Source: an uncultured virus (IMG/VR IMGVR_UViG_3300042883_000924) (lineage: Duplodnaviria > Heunggongvirae > Uroviricota > Caudoviricetes). Taken from it: DNA of 20,000 bases. Under the pieces are notes generated by a model. That model did not search any database and was not told the origin of the DNA. It saw only the letters and a program-made list of their open reading frames with translations. Positions within the stretch are counted from its first letter, which is position 1; the number at the start of each line of letters is the position of its first letter. The position numbers and the translations under genes are program-made. The stretch lies in the IMG/VR virus record IMGVR_UViG_3300042883_000924; one strand, 5' to 3'. Positions 1 through 8,371 of this stretch are shown here, in pieces.

Positions 1-1
1 T

Positions 2-3000
2 TTTTGTTTTATCTTCTTTTTTTGACTCCATTTCAACCTCTGCTTTCAATTGCTCTTTAATATCATTGTCAACAGATTCTTTTAATTGCTCCTTTGCTTC
101 TTGTATTTTTTCAAATTTAGCAGTTTCTTCTATCATCATTTTAGGAGTCAATGGATATCCCTTATCTTCTTGTCTACTTAATAAAAAGTTTGATAATGTG
201 TTAGCTTCGTTAAGCTTTTTTATTATTTTTAAACTTTCTAATGCCTTACCAGTTTGAGATGCACTTTGTTGGAATATATTAGCAAATTCAGTAATCTTGG
301 CTAATAATTCTGCTGAAGGATTATTTTTTAATTCCAAATCTAATGCAGCTCTATATTCAGCCATAAATGCATTTTCGTAATTAGTTAAAATCTTTCCTAA
401 TTTTATTTTATCATACAAAGATTCAACGCTTACGCCTTTTTTAATCATCTCTTGAGCTGCCTCTCTTAACATTTCATGAGTTTCAAGAGGTAATCCTTTG
501 TATGGTGGAAGCCCAAGACTTTTTCTTAATTCACCTATATCTGCTGCTGTTATTCTAACATAATCTACATCACCATTATCCAATCCTACATTTTCAATTT
601 CTTCTGGGATTTCCGTAGTACTTTCGGGCTGTGTTGCTTCTGTGCCTGCACCCTCTTCGGTAGTTGTTTCCCCTTCGACTCTTGGTTCCATTCGTTTACG
701 TCCACCCCCTGATTCTCCATCTTCTCCTTGTTTTGGTTGAAGTATTTTCTCTGTGCTTCGCTCTTGTACGGCATCTTTTATATTTTTAAATGTTGGTAAA
801 TCAAATTCTGACTTTGCGATTTCAATTAAATCCTGTTCTGTAAAATCAAGTTCATCTATCGCTTTTTTATCTTCTTCATTTTTTAAATTATCCTTTATGA
901 AATTCTTTTTATTTTTAAAGCTTTTTATTCCTTTTAACTTATCAACTGCTGCTATTTGTTCTTCTTGACTAACAATATCTGCAACTACTTTTTTAGAAAA
1001 TTCATCTAATGTCATATTAGATATTTGTTCAGCAGTCATATTTCTAATTCCAAAATGAATTGCAATTGTATCCCATAAATCTTTTAACCATTGTTTAAAA
1101 TCAGCTTTTTGTGCAGCAGTTACAAATTTTTCTCCATTATCACCTATAGCTTTTGCAAGAGCTTCTGATTTAAAATAATTTTCTCTTTCTAATTCAGGTA
1201 ATTTAGATGCATTTTCTTGGTAAACTGGATTATTCTTAACATCGGAAAGATATTTAGAACCTTCTATTTTAGCCATTCCAGCATCATGCAAATCTTCTCT
1301 ATTTTCTTTAGCCCAACTTAACCATAAATGACCTGCTTCATGGAATGGGGTATTACCATTCATTACATCAGCATTTAATACAATTTTGCCATTTTGCTCA
1401 AAACCATAAATCGTTCCTGTAGCATCTGTCATCATATTAACATTACTAGGATGTTCAGAAGCTGGTTTAACAACTCCTTTAGCCATCCCAATTTGATTAC
1501 TACCAAATTTGCCCGCACCTCCTTTTTTATCTACAGCATTGTTATTTGCATCATTTAATATATCTGTAACGTGTTGAGATTCTTTTAATACATTTAATAC
1601 CGGTTTAACTTTATTGCCATTTTCATCAAATTGTTGCAAATGAAATGGATAACTTTCATGACCTTCTTCTTTACCACTTAAATCAACAACTTTTACTGGA
1701 TGTTTTATTTCAATAGTTGCATATGCTTCACTATTTTTTACTCCAACGGTCATGTTGTCTGATAGTAAATGACCAATAGCATCAATTATACCTTCTTTAG
1801 CAAAACTAATCTCTCCTGTTTTTCTTTCTGTTGATTGTGGTAAAGCTTCAGTATTAAGTAATTCTCTTATTTTACCAATATTTTCTTTAGCGCTTTTACT
1901 ATTTTTAGCTAAATGGTCAATAATATCTTGTACAAAAAAACCTCTTTTTGAAAATGTAGAATCATTTACACCAAAAAATTTTTTAGATATATCATCGTGA
2001 ATAGCTTTAGCATCTAATCTACCATCAAAATCTATATTATATTTTTTACCAACTTCAGTTAATGCTTTTCTAAAATCAGATAAAGAAACTAATTTTTTAT
2101 CTACAAAATATTCTAAAACTTTCATTGCAGCTTTAGCACCTGTATGAGATGTTAAAGATTTTGATAAATCCCCTTTTGTAACAACAACATGAATTGTACC
2201 ATTTCCACCAGCATCGATGTCCTTTTGTCTTGCTTCATTTATATATTTAGCCAAAGTATTAGCTGTAGCATTATCGGAAGATGCCCATACATCACCAAAT
2301 TTAGTAACAAAGTTTATACCACCATTACCATCTACAATCGGTTTACCATTTTTTGTAATAACTTCTCCCGTAAGCATATTATCAGGATTGATAACTACTA
2401 CTGGTTTTCCTTCTAATCCTTTTATGTCAAAATTTAATTTAACAGTACCATCATCAATTAATTTTTTCCATTGAGGTGATTCTTCAAATCCTTTTTTTTC
2501 AAACCCGCCCCAAGATTGCAAATTAGCCCCACCTGTTTTAATAGCATCTTCTAATGCTTTTGCAAAGTTTTTACCCTTTAATACACTTATTTTAGCTTTA
2601 TCACTTAATTTTTGAATACCCTTTCTTATTTTATCAACTATAGGATTATATACCTCTTTTGGTATTTCAACAGGTTTTGTTTCTTCAGCTACTTCAGTTG
2701 GTTTATAAGCCAATAATTGGTCAGGAGTGTAACTCCTTAACATTTCAACAGAAGTGACTTCTACAGGTTCTTCATCTTGTTCTGTTACTGCAAATATTCT
2801 TTCTCCATTACTACGTCTTCTTTCAGCTTCTAATGTGCTTCCTATTGGTTCACCTTTTTCTTCTAAATCAAGTGGTATTTCTACTACTTCAACTGGCTCA
2901 ACTTCTTCTTTTACTTCAACAACCGGTTCAACATTTTCTATTGCTTGCATTGGTTCTTCAACAACTGTTGTTTCTACTTCTGCTTTAGGCTCATTTTTAC

Positions 3001-5368
3001 TTTTTTCTTTCAAGTTTATTTGATAAGCTATATCTTCAGCTATACTTCCCTTGAATGTTCTTTTTTTACCATCAGCTGTTTCTAGATTAACGGAAACTAT
3101 ATTTCCATTCTCATCCTTATTAATTGCTTTTAATGGATTTGAGTATCTGTTTATATAAGGCTTTTGTCTTACATTTATATTCCCTTTATCGTCAACTGAA
3201 ACCAAAGACTCATCGTATTTAACATCAAATTCAGATGCCGGTTTTTCTTGTATTTCAGATGCTTTGCCTATTTCATATTTTTCTCCTGAAGTCTCGTTCT
3301 CAAATACAATGCTATCCCCATCCTGCAAGAATGTTCCTTTTTGCCCTTTGTATGTACCTTTTTTATCTACAACTTCAGCTATTGTAATATCTTTTTCTAC
3401 TGGCGGATTTATAGCCTCTATAAAAGATGCTTCTGTACCCATTTCATTTTCAGCAATTTCTCCTGTTTCTTTGTACTTTTGCGCTCTCTTGTATAAATCA
3501 GGAAGGTAGTTAGGGTCGCTATCTATTTTCTTATTAAATTCTTCAAATGAATTAGGAAAATCAAATTCTGGATTATTTGATTTTACACCATATAATATAT
3601 CAAATTGCTCTACTCTTCTGCGTCTATTTTCGTCAACAGGAGCTTTCTTTCTGCTATCTTCTTTCTTAATTGCTTTAGCTAAATCATAACGAGCTTGACT
3701 TATTGGAGTTTTATCTCCATTTTCATCAACTTTATAATAAGTAGTTTCTTCTCCTTTTTTACCATCTCTTTTTACATATCTTGGCTTCTTTCCTGTTGCA
3801 AGACCTTCTAAATAATCGCCCGTTTCATCTATTTTAGCTTGTATTAAATCAATTTGGTCTTGCTTTTCTTTTCTAAATATAGGGTCAACTTGCATCATCT
3901 CTTCACGAGCGTTTTGCAAATCTTGTTGTAAGCTATTTCTTTGCGAAATGCCACCTATAATTTTATATTTATCTTCAGGTGATACTGTTGTAGGAATCTT
4001 CTCTGCAATTTCTACATATTGTTGTGCTGTAATATTTGCTGCTTGCGCTTCTTCTGGAGTTATATTACCCTCTTCTACTTGTTTGTTTATTTGGTCTTGT
4101 ATATTCTGCAAATCGGTGGTAACCTTTTTGTTACCCGTAGATTGATTAAATTCATTTTCTGTAACCTCTTTATCGTCAACATAAAACTTTTTTTCACCTG
4201 TAGCGTTTGCAACTTGTTGTCTTATTGCCTTATCTGTACTATTTAAACCTTGTAAACCTGCTCCGGTTGCTCCGCCCATTGCAGCACCCATAATAGCATT
4301 ATTAACAACATTTTTCCAAAAGTTTTTATTTATATCTTCTTCATTAAAAACTTCTTTTTCTGCTATTTTATTAGTTGCTACTTTTATAGCATCCGAAGCC
4401 GCTTGCTGAATGCCTTCTGTACTTCCTTCCACAAAAGCACTTTCCAATCCTTTTATTCCTACATTTTTTAATTTAGTAGATATTTTAGCTGCTTTTTTAA
4501 CCATCTCATCTTGAACCTCTTTTGCAGTAGCTTTTATGCCTTTTTGAGCAAATCCTTCAATAACCTCTGCGGTAATTTTCTTTTCTATACTTTTAGCTAA
4601 CCCTGTATTTTTTAATATTTTATCTATAGAAAATTTTTCAAGAGCTGCTTGAGCTGCCGCTTGAGTAAATAAATATCCTACTTTTTGAACATCGGTTAAT
4701 TTTTTACCTTCCCCGCTTTCTTCCAATTCTTTTGCGTTGTCATTGACTGATTGTTGAGCAAATGTTAAACCACCGGACATACTTCCGGCAGCCATTTCTA
4801 ACAATGTTTTAGGTGCTTGAAACGCCAACCCTCTGACATCCTCCCAGTCTACCCCACTCATTAAACCTCCACCCTCTGTTGGGGTAATATCAAATTGACT
4901 TTGTTGTTGCTCAAATTCCTTACTTGACCTTGATGAACGAGCTTGCTCTATAAAATCAACGGCTTTTTTCCTATCTGCTTCTGCAGTTGCAACCCTTACA
5001 TTTAAAGGCATATAAGGTTGAGCGCCAAGTATATCAGCCATATAAGTAAATCCGCCTGAAATTGATGCTAAACTTCCAACTAATGTATTATACACTCCGG
5101 CTACATTGCTACCTTTAATTTTGTCTTTCTGAATAGCTTTACCTATTGGACTTTTATATCCAATAGTAGCCACTTCTTCTCCTATATCAAATTTATCTTG
5201 AGATGGTAATGGTGTAACCGAATATCCTGAAGGTGTAGCTTTTTTTTTTACACCAAATACCTCATCTGGAGTAGGTATTCTTTTTTTAGTTCCAAATACT
5301 TCGTCTGGAGTAGGTATTCTTCTTTTAGGTTGCGCTTGGTCTTGGTCTTGTTCTATTTCTAAAGCCAT
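2..5368 (-). CDS. Giant internal virion/ejection (polyvalent-type) protein, 3'-truncated by the window edge, >=1789 aa; contains a zincin-like (HExxH) metallopeptidase domain
   Basis: Translated by hand: ATG at 5368 (MALEIEQDQDQAQPKRRIPTPDEVFG...) with no stop in this frame down to position 2 (...QLKAEVEMESKKEDKTK). The ORF track missed it because its stop lies outside the window. Motifs: EGSTEGIQQ (4403-4429) and Gly/Ala-rich segments typical of ejection proteins; E/V/P-rich linker (about 2640-3000); GTIYGF..GKIVLN..NTPFHEAGHLW (HEAGH at 1328-1342) with downstream EALA (E at 1163-1165). Lies after two smaller ejection-like genes. Confidence 0.9.
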   Translation of the reverse strand, partial: MALEIEQDQDQAQPKRRIPTPDEVFGTKKRIPTPDEVFGVKKKATPSGYSVTPLPSQDKFDIGEEVATIGYKSPIGKAIQKDKIKGSNVAGVYNTLVGSLASISGGFTYMADILGAQPYMPLNVRVATAEADRKKAVDFIEQARSSRSSKEFEQQQSQFDITPTEGGGLMSGVDWEDVRGLAFQAPKTLLEMAAGSMSGGLTFAQQSVNDNAKELEESGEGKKLTDVQKVGYLFTQAAAQAALEKFSIDKILKNTGLAKSIEKKITAEVIEGFAQKGIKATAKEVQDEMVKKAAKISTKLKNVGIKGLESAFVEGSTEGIQQAASDAIKVATNKIAEKEVFNEEDINKNFWKNVVNNAIMGAAMGGATGAGLQGLNSTDKAIRQQVANATGEKKFYVDDKEVTENEFNQSTGNKKVTTDLQNIQDQINKQVEEGNITPEEAQAANITAQQYVEIAEKIPTTVSPEDKYKIIGGISQRNSLQQDLQNAREEMMQVDPIFRKEKQDQIDLIQAKIDETGDYLEGLATGKKPRYVKRDGKKGEETTYYKVDENGDKTPISQARYDLAKAIKKEDSRKKAPVDENRRRRVEQFDILYGVKSNNPEFDFPNSFEEFNKKIDSDPNYLPDLYKRAQKYKETGEIAENEMGTEASFIEAINPPVEKDITIAEVVDKKGTYKGQKGTFLQDGDSIVFENETSGEKYEIGKASEIQEKPASEFDVKYDESLVSVDDKGNINVRQKPYINRYSNPLKAINKDENGNIVSVNLETADGKKRTFKGSIAEDIAYQINLKEKSKNEPKAEVETTVVEEPMQAIENVEPVVEVKEEVEPVEVVEIPLDLEEKGEPIGSTLEAERRRSNGERIFAVTEQDEEPVEVTSVEMLRSYTPDQLLAYKPTEVAEETKPVEIPKEVYNPIVDKIRKGIQKLSDKAKISVLKGKNFAKALEDAIKTGGANLQSWGGFEKKGFEESPQWKKLIDDGTVKLNFDIKGLEGKPVVVINPDNMLTGEVITKNGKPIVDGNGGINFVTKFGDVWASSDNATANTLAKYINEARQKDIDAGGNGTIHVVVTKGDLSKSLTSHTGAKAAMKVLEYFVDKKLVSLSDFRKALTEVGKKYNIDFDGRLDAKAIHDDISKKFFGVNDSTFSKRGFFVQDIIDHLAKNSKSAKENIGKIRELLNTEALPQSTERKTGEISFAKEGIIDAIGHLLSDNMTVGVKNSEAYATIEIKHPVKVVDLSGKEEGHESYPFHLQQFDENGNKVKPVLNVLKESQHVTDILNDANNNAVDKKGGAGKFGSNQIGMAKGVVKPASEHPSNVNMMTDATGTIYGFEQNGKIVLNADVMNGNTPFHEAGHLWLSWAKENREDLHDAGMAKIEGSKYLSDVKNNPVYQENASKLPELERENYFKSEALAKAIGDNGEKFVTAAQKADFKQWLKDLWDTIAIHFGIRNMTAEQISNMTLDEFSKKVVADIVSQEEQIAAVDKLKGIKSFKNKKNFIKDNLKNEEDKKAIDELDFTEQDLIEIAKSEFDLPTFKNIKDAVQERSTEKILQPKQGEDGESGGGRKRMEPRVEGETTTEEGAGTEATQPESTTEIPEEIENVGLDNGDVDYVRITAADIGELRKSLGLPPYKGLPLETHEMLREAAQEMIKKGVSVESLYDKIKLGKILTNYENAFMAEYRAALDLELKNNPSAELLAKITEFANIFQQSASQTGKALESLKIIKKLNEANTLSNFLLSRQEDKGYPLTPKMMIEETAKFEKIQEAKEQLKESVDNDIKEQLKAEVEMESKKEDKTK
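586..774 (-). CDS. Small basic protein (62 aa, MPYKSEAQRKYF...) nested in the +1 frame of the giant virion gene
   Basis: ATG preceded by an A-rich Bacteroidota-type initiation region (TTTAAAAATATAAAAG-ATG); ends at TAG. The sequence resembles small phage proteins I recall as MP(F/Y)KSxAQxx(Y/F)...W...KxLPxR. The host frame stays open but is low-complexity over the same stretch. Confidence 0.65.
   Translation of the reverse strand: MPYKSEAQRKYFNQNKEKMENQGVDVNEWNQESKGKQLPKRVQAQKQHSPKVLRKSQKKLKM
5252..5320 (-). repeat. Coding direct repeat, 2 x RIPTPDEVFG with a 39-nt period, at the N-terminus of the giant protein
   Basis: Minus strand AGAATACCTACTCCAGACGAAGTATTTGGA (5291-5320) and AGAATACCTACTCCAGATGAGGTATTTGGT (5252-5281); differences are synonymous only. 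Confidence 0.9.
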
Positions 5369-5381
5369 TATTTCGGTTTTT

Positions 5382-5389
5382 CAAATATA
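5382..5389 (-). promoter_or_regulatory. Possible Bacteroidota -7 promoter element (TATATTTG) upstream of the giant gene
   Basis: Matches TAnnTTTG in the 40-nt intergenic gap, 13 nt before the ATG; no TTTG -33 box at the expected spacing. Confidence 0.4.
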
Positions 5390-5408
5390 CAAAATATTAT
5401 TTTCCCTT

Positions 5409-7127
5409 TTATTTTTTATTTTCTGCAATTCTAAATCTCTTCACTTCTTCAGTATTAAGACTTTTTAATTTTTTTATATCTGCATCAGTCCAACCGCCCT
5501 CTACTAAATCATCATAATCATATATTTGGTCTGACATTCCAAGACTTTTACCGCTAACAAGATATACTTTTACATTAGGAGCCTTATCCCCTCCTGCTCT
5601 AAACTTTTTTATCTCTTCGCTTGTAGCACTTGGTTCCTTCGTAGCGCTTGGTTGCTTCGTAGCGATTGGCTCTTTTACTTTTGGAGAAGCTTGATTTAAA
5701 TTTGGTAAATTTTCAATTTCTGCCGCACTTTCACTACCAGATATTTGTTGATAAGAACCCTGAAGCTTATCTCTTAAGTACGGGTCAGTTGCCTTAATAA
5801 TATCACCACCTATTATTTTTCCTTTGCTATCTGCATATTTCAATTGTACCCCAGTAACTACGCCATCTGGTCTTTTATATACTTCTATTTTAGAAAATCT
5901 TGACTTCCCGCCACCTAAACCATAAAGTTTACCAGCTAAAGCTTTTATACTATCTACATTATTAGATTTAATAGCTTGCGTAAATGTATCTAAATATTCT
6001 CCAATTTTACCAGCTTTTCTCTCTCCTTCTGTTGACTTTTGCCCTGCATATGATGGAGGAGGATTGTATGATGTTTCAGATAGACCCACAAATCCTTGTG
6101 TATCTTTCTTTTTTAAATAATTATATAAAGCATTTCTATTAGCAAAATCTTTTTCTTGTGGGCTAAATGTTTTGTACTGTTCTGGAGTAAATTGCTTTTG
6201 TGCTAATGAAACAATTTCAGATTTAGCATTATTTCCACCTTCGGTTAAAAATTTATCATATGCCACTTGAGGAACCATATCTAATGGCTTATCAACTCCC
6301 CTTAATGAATTAGCAGGCAATGGTTCATTTGCTATTTCAACTCCTCCATATGTCAAAGATGGAATCTTTCCACCTTTTTTTATAAATCCGCTAGGTTCAA
6401 CTTCAAATGTTGGCTTATTCCAAAAACCCATTTTACCTGAAAATGTAGTATATGCTTGAGGAGTACCAAGTTTAGCCTCTATATTACGAGAAGATTCTTT
6501 ACCTGATATTACCTTATCCAATGTGTTATATTCTGTAATGTATTTGGATAAATTTTCCGGATTTGACAATTGAGCAATAAGCGCAGAATCTTCTACTTGA
6601 TTTGGGTCAACAAATTGCCCTTCTTTAATTCTTCTATTTCTAACATCGCTTCTTAAATCATTTTTAAGCGCAGCAGCATCTATTGAAGGATAATTTTTTG
6701 CATATTGATTTACAATTTCATCAATATTATTATGTTCTAAAATGAATGTATTCGATGCTCTTGTAATACCCTTCATTACATCGTCTATTTCTGTCTGCAA
6801 TGCAATAGGGTCAATTGATTTATTGTTCAATTTAGCCATTAAGTTAGATTTCACCTTTGATACAGCGTCTTGCGCTACCATATAAGCCTGTTCGTCAGCG
6901 GGCATCCTATCTAATCTAGCTCCAGATTGAATCATTGCCATACCTCTTTGCCTTTCCGCTTCTAATTCTTTGGCTTTTCTTTCTTCTGCTTGTTGATTTC
7001 TAAAATTAGCCGCTTCTTGTCTTTCTAAATCTCTTTCTTTTTTAGCAGATAAAGCTTGCAAAGCTTCGCCCGGAGATTGAAATATCTTTGGAAGATTTAC
7101 CGCATAACTACCTAAATTTTCTGCCAT
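5409..7127 (-). CDS. Putative internal virion/ejection protein (572 aa)
   Basis: Long ORF with a coiled-coil-like N-terminus (KKERDLERQEAANFRNQQAEERKAKELE) and helical charged composition; middle gene of a small-medium-giant trio after the tail nozzle, as in podoviruses. Confidence 0.65.
   Translation of the reverse strand: MAENLGSYAVNLPKIFQSPGEALQALSAKKERDLERQEAANFRNQQAEERKAKELEAERQRGMAMIQSGARLDRMPADEQAYMVAQDAVSKVKSNLMAKLNNKSIDPIALQTEIDDVMKGITRASNTFILEHNNIDEIVNQYAKNYPSIDAAALKNDLRSDVRNRRIKEGQFVDPNQVEDSALIAQLSNPENLSKYITEYNTLDKVISGKESSRNIEAKLGTPQAYTTFSGKMGFWNKPTFEVEPSGFIKKGGKIPSLTYGGVEIANEPLPANSLRGVDKPLDMVPQVAYDKFLTEGGNNAKSEIVSLAQKQFTPEQYKTFSPQEKDFANRNALYNYLKKKDTQGFVGLSETSYNPPPSYAGQKSTEGERKAGKIGEYLDTFTQAIKSNNVDSIKALAGKLYGLGGGKSRFSKIEVYKRPDGVVTGVQLKYADSKGKIIGGDIIKATDPYLRDKLQGSYQQISGSESAAEIENLPNLNQASPKVKEPIATKQPSATKEPSATSEEIKKFRAGGDKAPNVKVYLVSGKSLGMSDQIYDYDDLVEGGWTDADIKKLKSLNTEEVKRFRIAENKK
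5623..5676 (-). repeat. Three imperfect 18-bp coding tandem repeats (KEPIAT/KQPSAT/KEPSAT)
   Basis: Plus strand gtagcacttggttccttc / gtagcgcttggttgcttc / gtagcgattggctctttt. Confidence 0.85.
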
Positions 7128-7148
7128 AATGATTTTTTTTAAATTGCT

Positions 7149-7940
7149 TTATTGTCGTCCCCAAGATGGTATATATGGGATTCCAGTTGTGCCTGCTGAC
7201 GCCATAGGTATTCCTCTGTAATTAGGCGTTATATTTGGCATTCTGCCTGCAAATTCACGAGGGGCGCTATATTTGCCTGTTATTGGCGCATATCTTTGCT
7301 GTGCTACAATACTACTATCAAGACCGCTTAATGGACGACTAGCAAGGGAAGAAGCCGCGCCCGCGCCCGTACTAGCGCCTTTACCCATCATACCTCCTGC
7401 TTGTATCATACCGCCAGCAACATCACTAATACCACCAAATATATTATTCATACCTGATTCTCTTAATGCAGATTGAGCTTGAGAATCTAATTGATATTTC
7501 ATTAACTTATTTGCTTGTACTTTATCGCCTTCGTTAATAGACATTGCATAAGCTCTGCTTAAATTATCCAAAACTCCTACTTGTTGTTGAGCTTCCTGAC
7601 CAGCTAAATTTGAAAAAGCTTGATTAGCATTTTCGGCAGCGCCTGCTCCTGTAGCTAATAAGGTAGCCGAATCTGTTGCGTTTCTTTGAGCATTAGACAT
7701 TTGGTTTGATTGCGCTTGTCTAATATTAGCTTCAGCTTGTGTAAACGCACGATTTTTACCATAAAACAAATTTTGAGTAGCGCCTAGATTTTGTCCAGCT
7801 AATTTGTTTTCTTCGTATTTAGCCCACTCTGGCTTTATTTGTTTAGCCTTATTCATTTGACTAATACCAAAAATTGATTTCCCGACTCCTCCCAAGCCGC
7901 CGATAATCATTCCTGCTGTTGCTAATCCTCCTAATGGCAT
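7149..7940 (-). CDS. Putative small ejection/pilot protein (263 aa)
   Basis: Hydrophobic Gly-rich N-terminus (MPLGGLATAGMIIGGLGGVGKSIFG), Ala/Gln/Asn-rich helical core and a second Gly-rich segment (NIFGGISDVAGGM); first gene of the ejection trio. Confidence 0.7.
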   Translation of the reverse strand: MPLGGLATAGMIIGGLGGVGKSIFGISQMNKAKQIKPEWAKYEENKLAGQNLGATQNLFYGKNRAFTQAEANIRQAQSNQMSNAQRNATDSATLLATGAGAAENANQAFSNLAGQEAQQQVGVLDNLSRAYAMSINEGDKVQANKLMKYQLDSQAQSALRESGMNNIFGGISDVAGGMIQAGGMMGKGASTGAGAASSLASRPLSGLDSSIVAQQRYAPITGKYSAPREFAGRMPNITPNYRGIPMASAGTTGIPYIPSWGRQ

Positions 7941-8356
7941 AAAATATATTTTAATTTTGTTACATTCTCTAATTTACAATAATCCTCTTCCATCCCACAT
8001 TTTTTTAACCAATTGATAGCTCTTTTATTTCTTTCCCACATATAACATTCAAAATAACCATCAAATTCATTTTTTATAATATCAAAAACTTTTTTCAAAG
8101 TTTCTTTATTTCTATGATTCTTATTTATTCCAAAACTTACTAATACGTATTGAAAACAAAAAAAGAACCCAATTAATTCACCATCAATTATTAAATCAAC
8201 AAACTTGCAAGCCCCTATTTGTTCGTGTTCTAATAATTTATCATACACACTCAAAACCAATTCATCAATAGTAGCATCTTTATATTCTGCATCACAATAC
8301 TTGTTTATATCATTGTCATCCTTAAAAGCATACTCTATTGTACTTAATTTAATCAC
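7931..8356 (-). CDS. GNAT-fold protein between nozzle and ejection genes (141 aa, GTG start)
   Basis: C-terminal GNAT-like motif (YMWERNKRAINWLKKCGM), preceded by SFGINKNHR; position equivalent to T7 gp13-like genes. Overlaps the next gene by 10 nt. Confidence 0.6.
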   Translation of the reverse strand: MIKLSTIEYAFKDDNDINKYCDAEYKDATIDELVLSVYDKLLEHEQIGACKFVDLIIDGELIGFFFCFQYVLVSFGINKNHRNKETLKKVFDIIKNEFDGYFECYMWERNKRAINWLKKCGMEEDYCKLENVTKLKYILCH

Positions 8357-8371
8357 TTAAAATTAAACAAT

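Noticed and set aside
2018..2032. DFDGR in the giant protein as a possible virion RNA polymerase catalytic motif
   Set aside because: Lacks the third Asp of DxDxD/DFDGD and no other polymerase motifs were recognised; a polymerase domain beyond the window cannot be excluded.
2965..2995. Second possible nested +1 ORF in the E/V/P-rich linker (ATGAGCCTAAAGCAGAAGTAG)
   Set aside because: Only six codons before a stop.
66..4246. Plus-strand ORFs in the track (66-257, 753-968, 2189-2416, 2217-2474, 2754-3023, 3264-3509, 3948-4145, 4019-4246)
   Set aside because: Antisense shadows of the continuous minus-strand giant gene; Ser/Phe/Ile-rich composition is what reverse-complemented Glu/Lys codons give.
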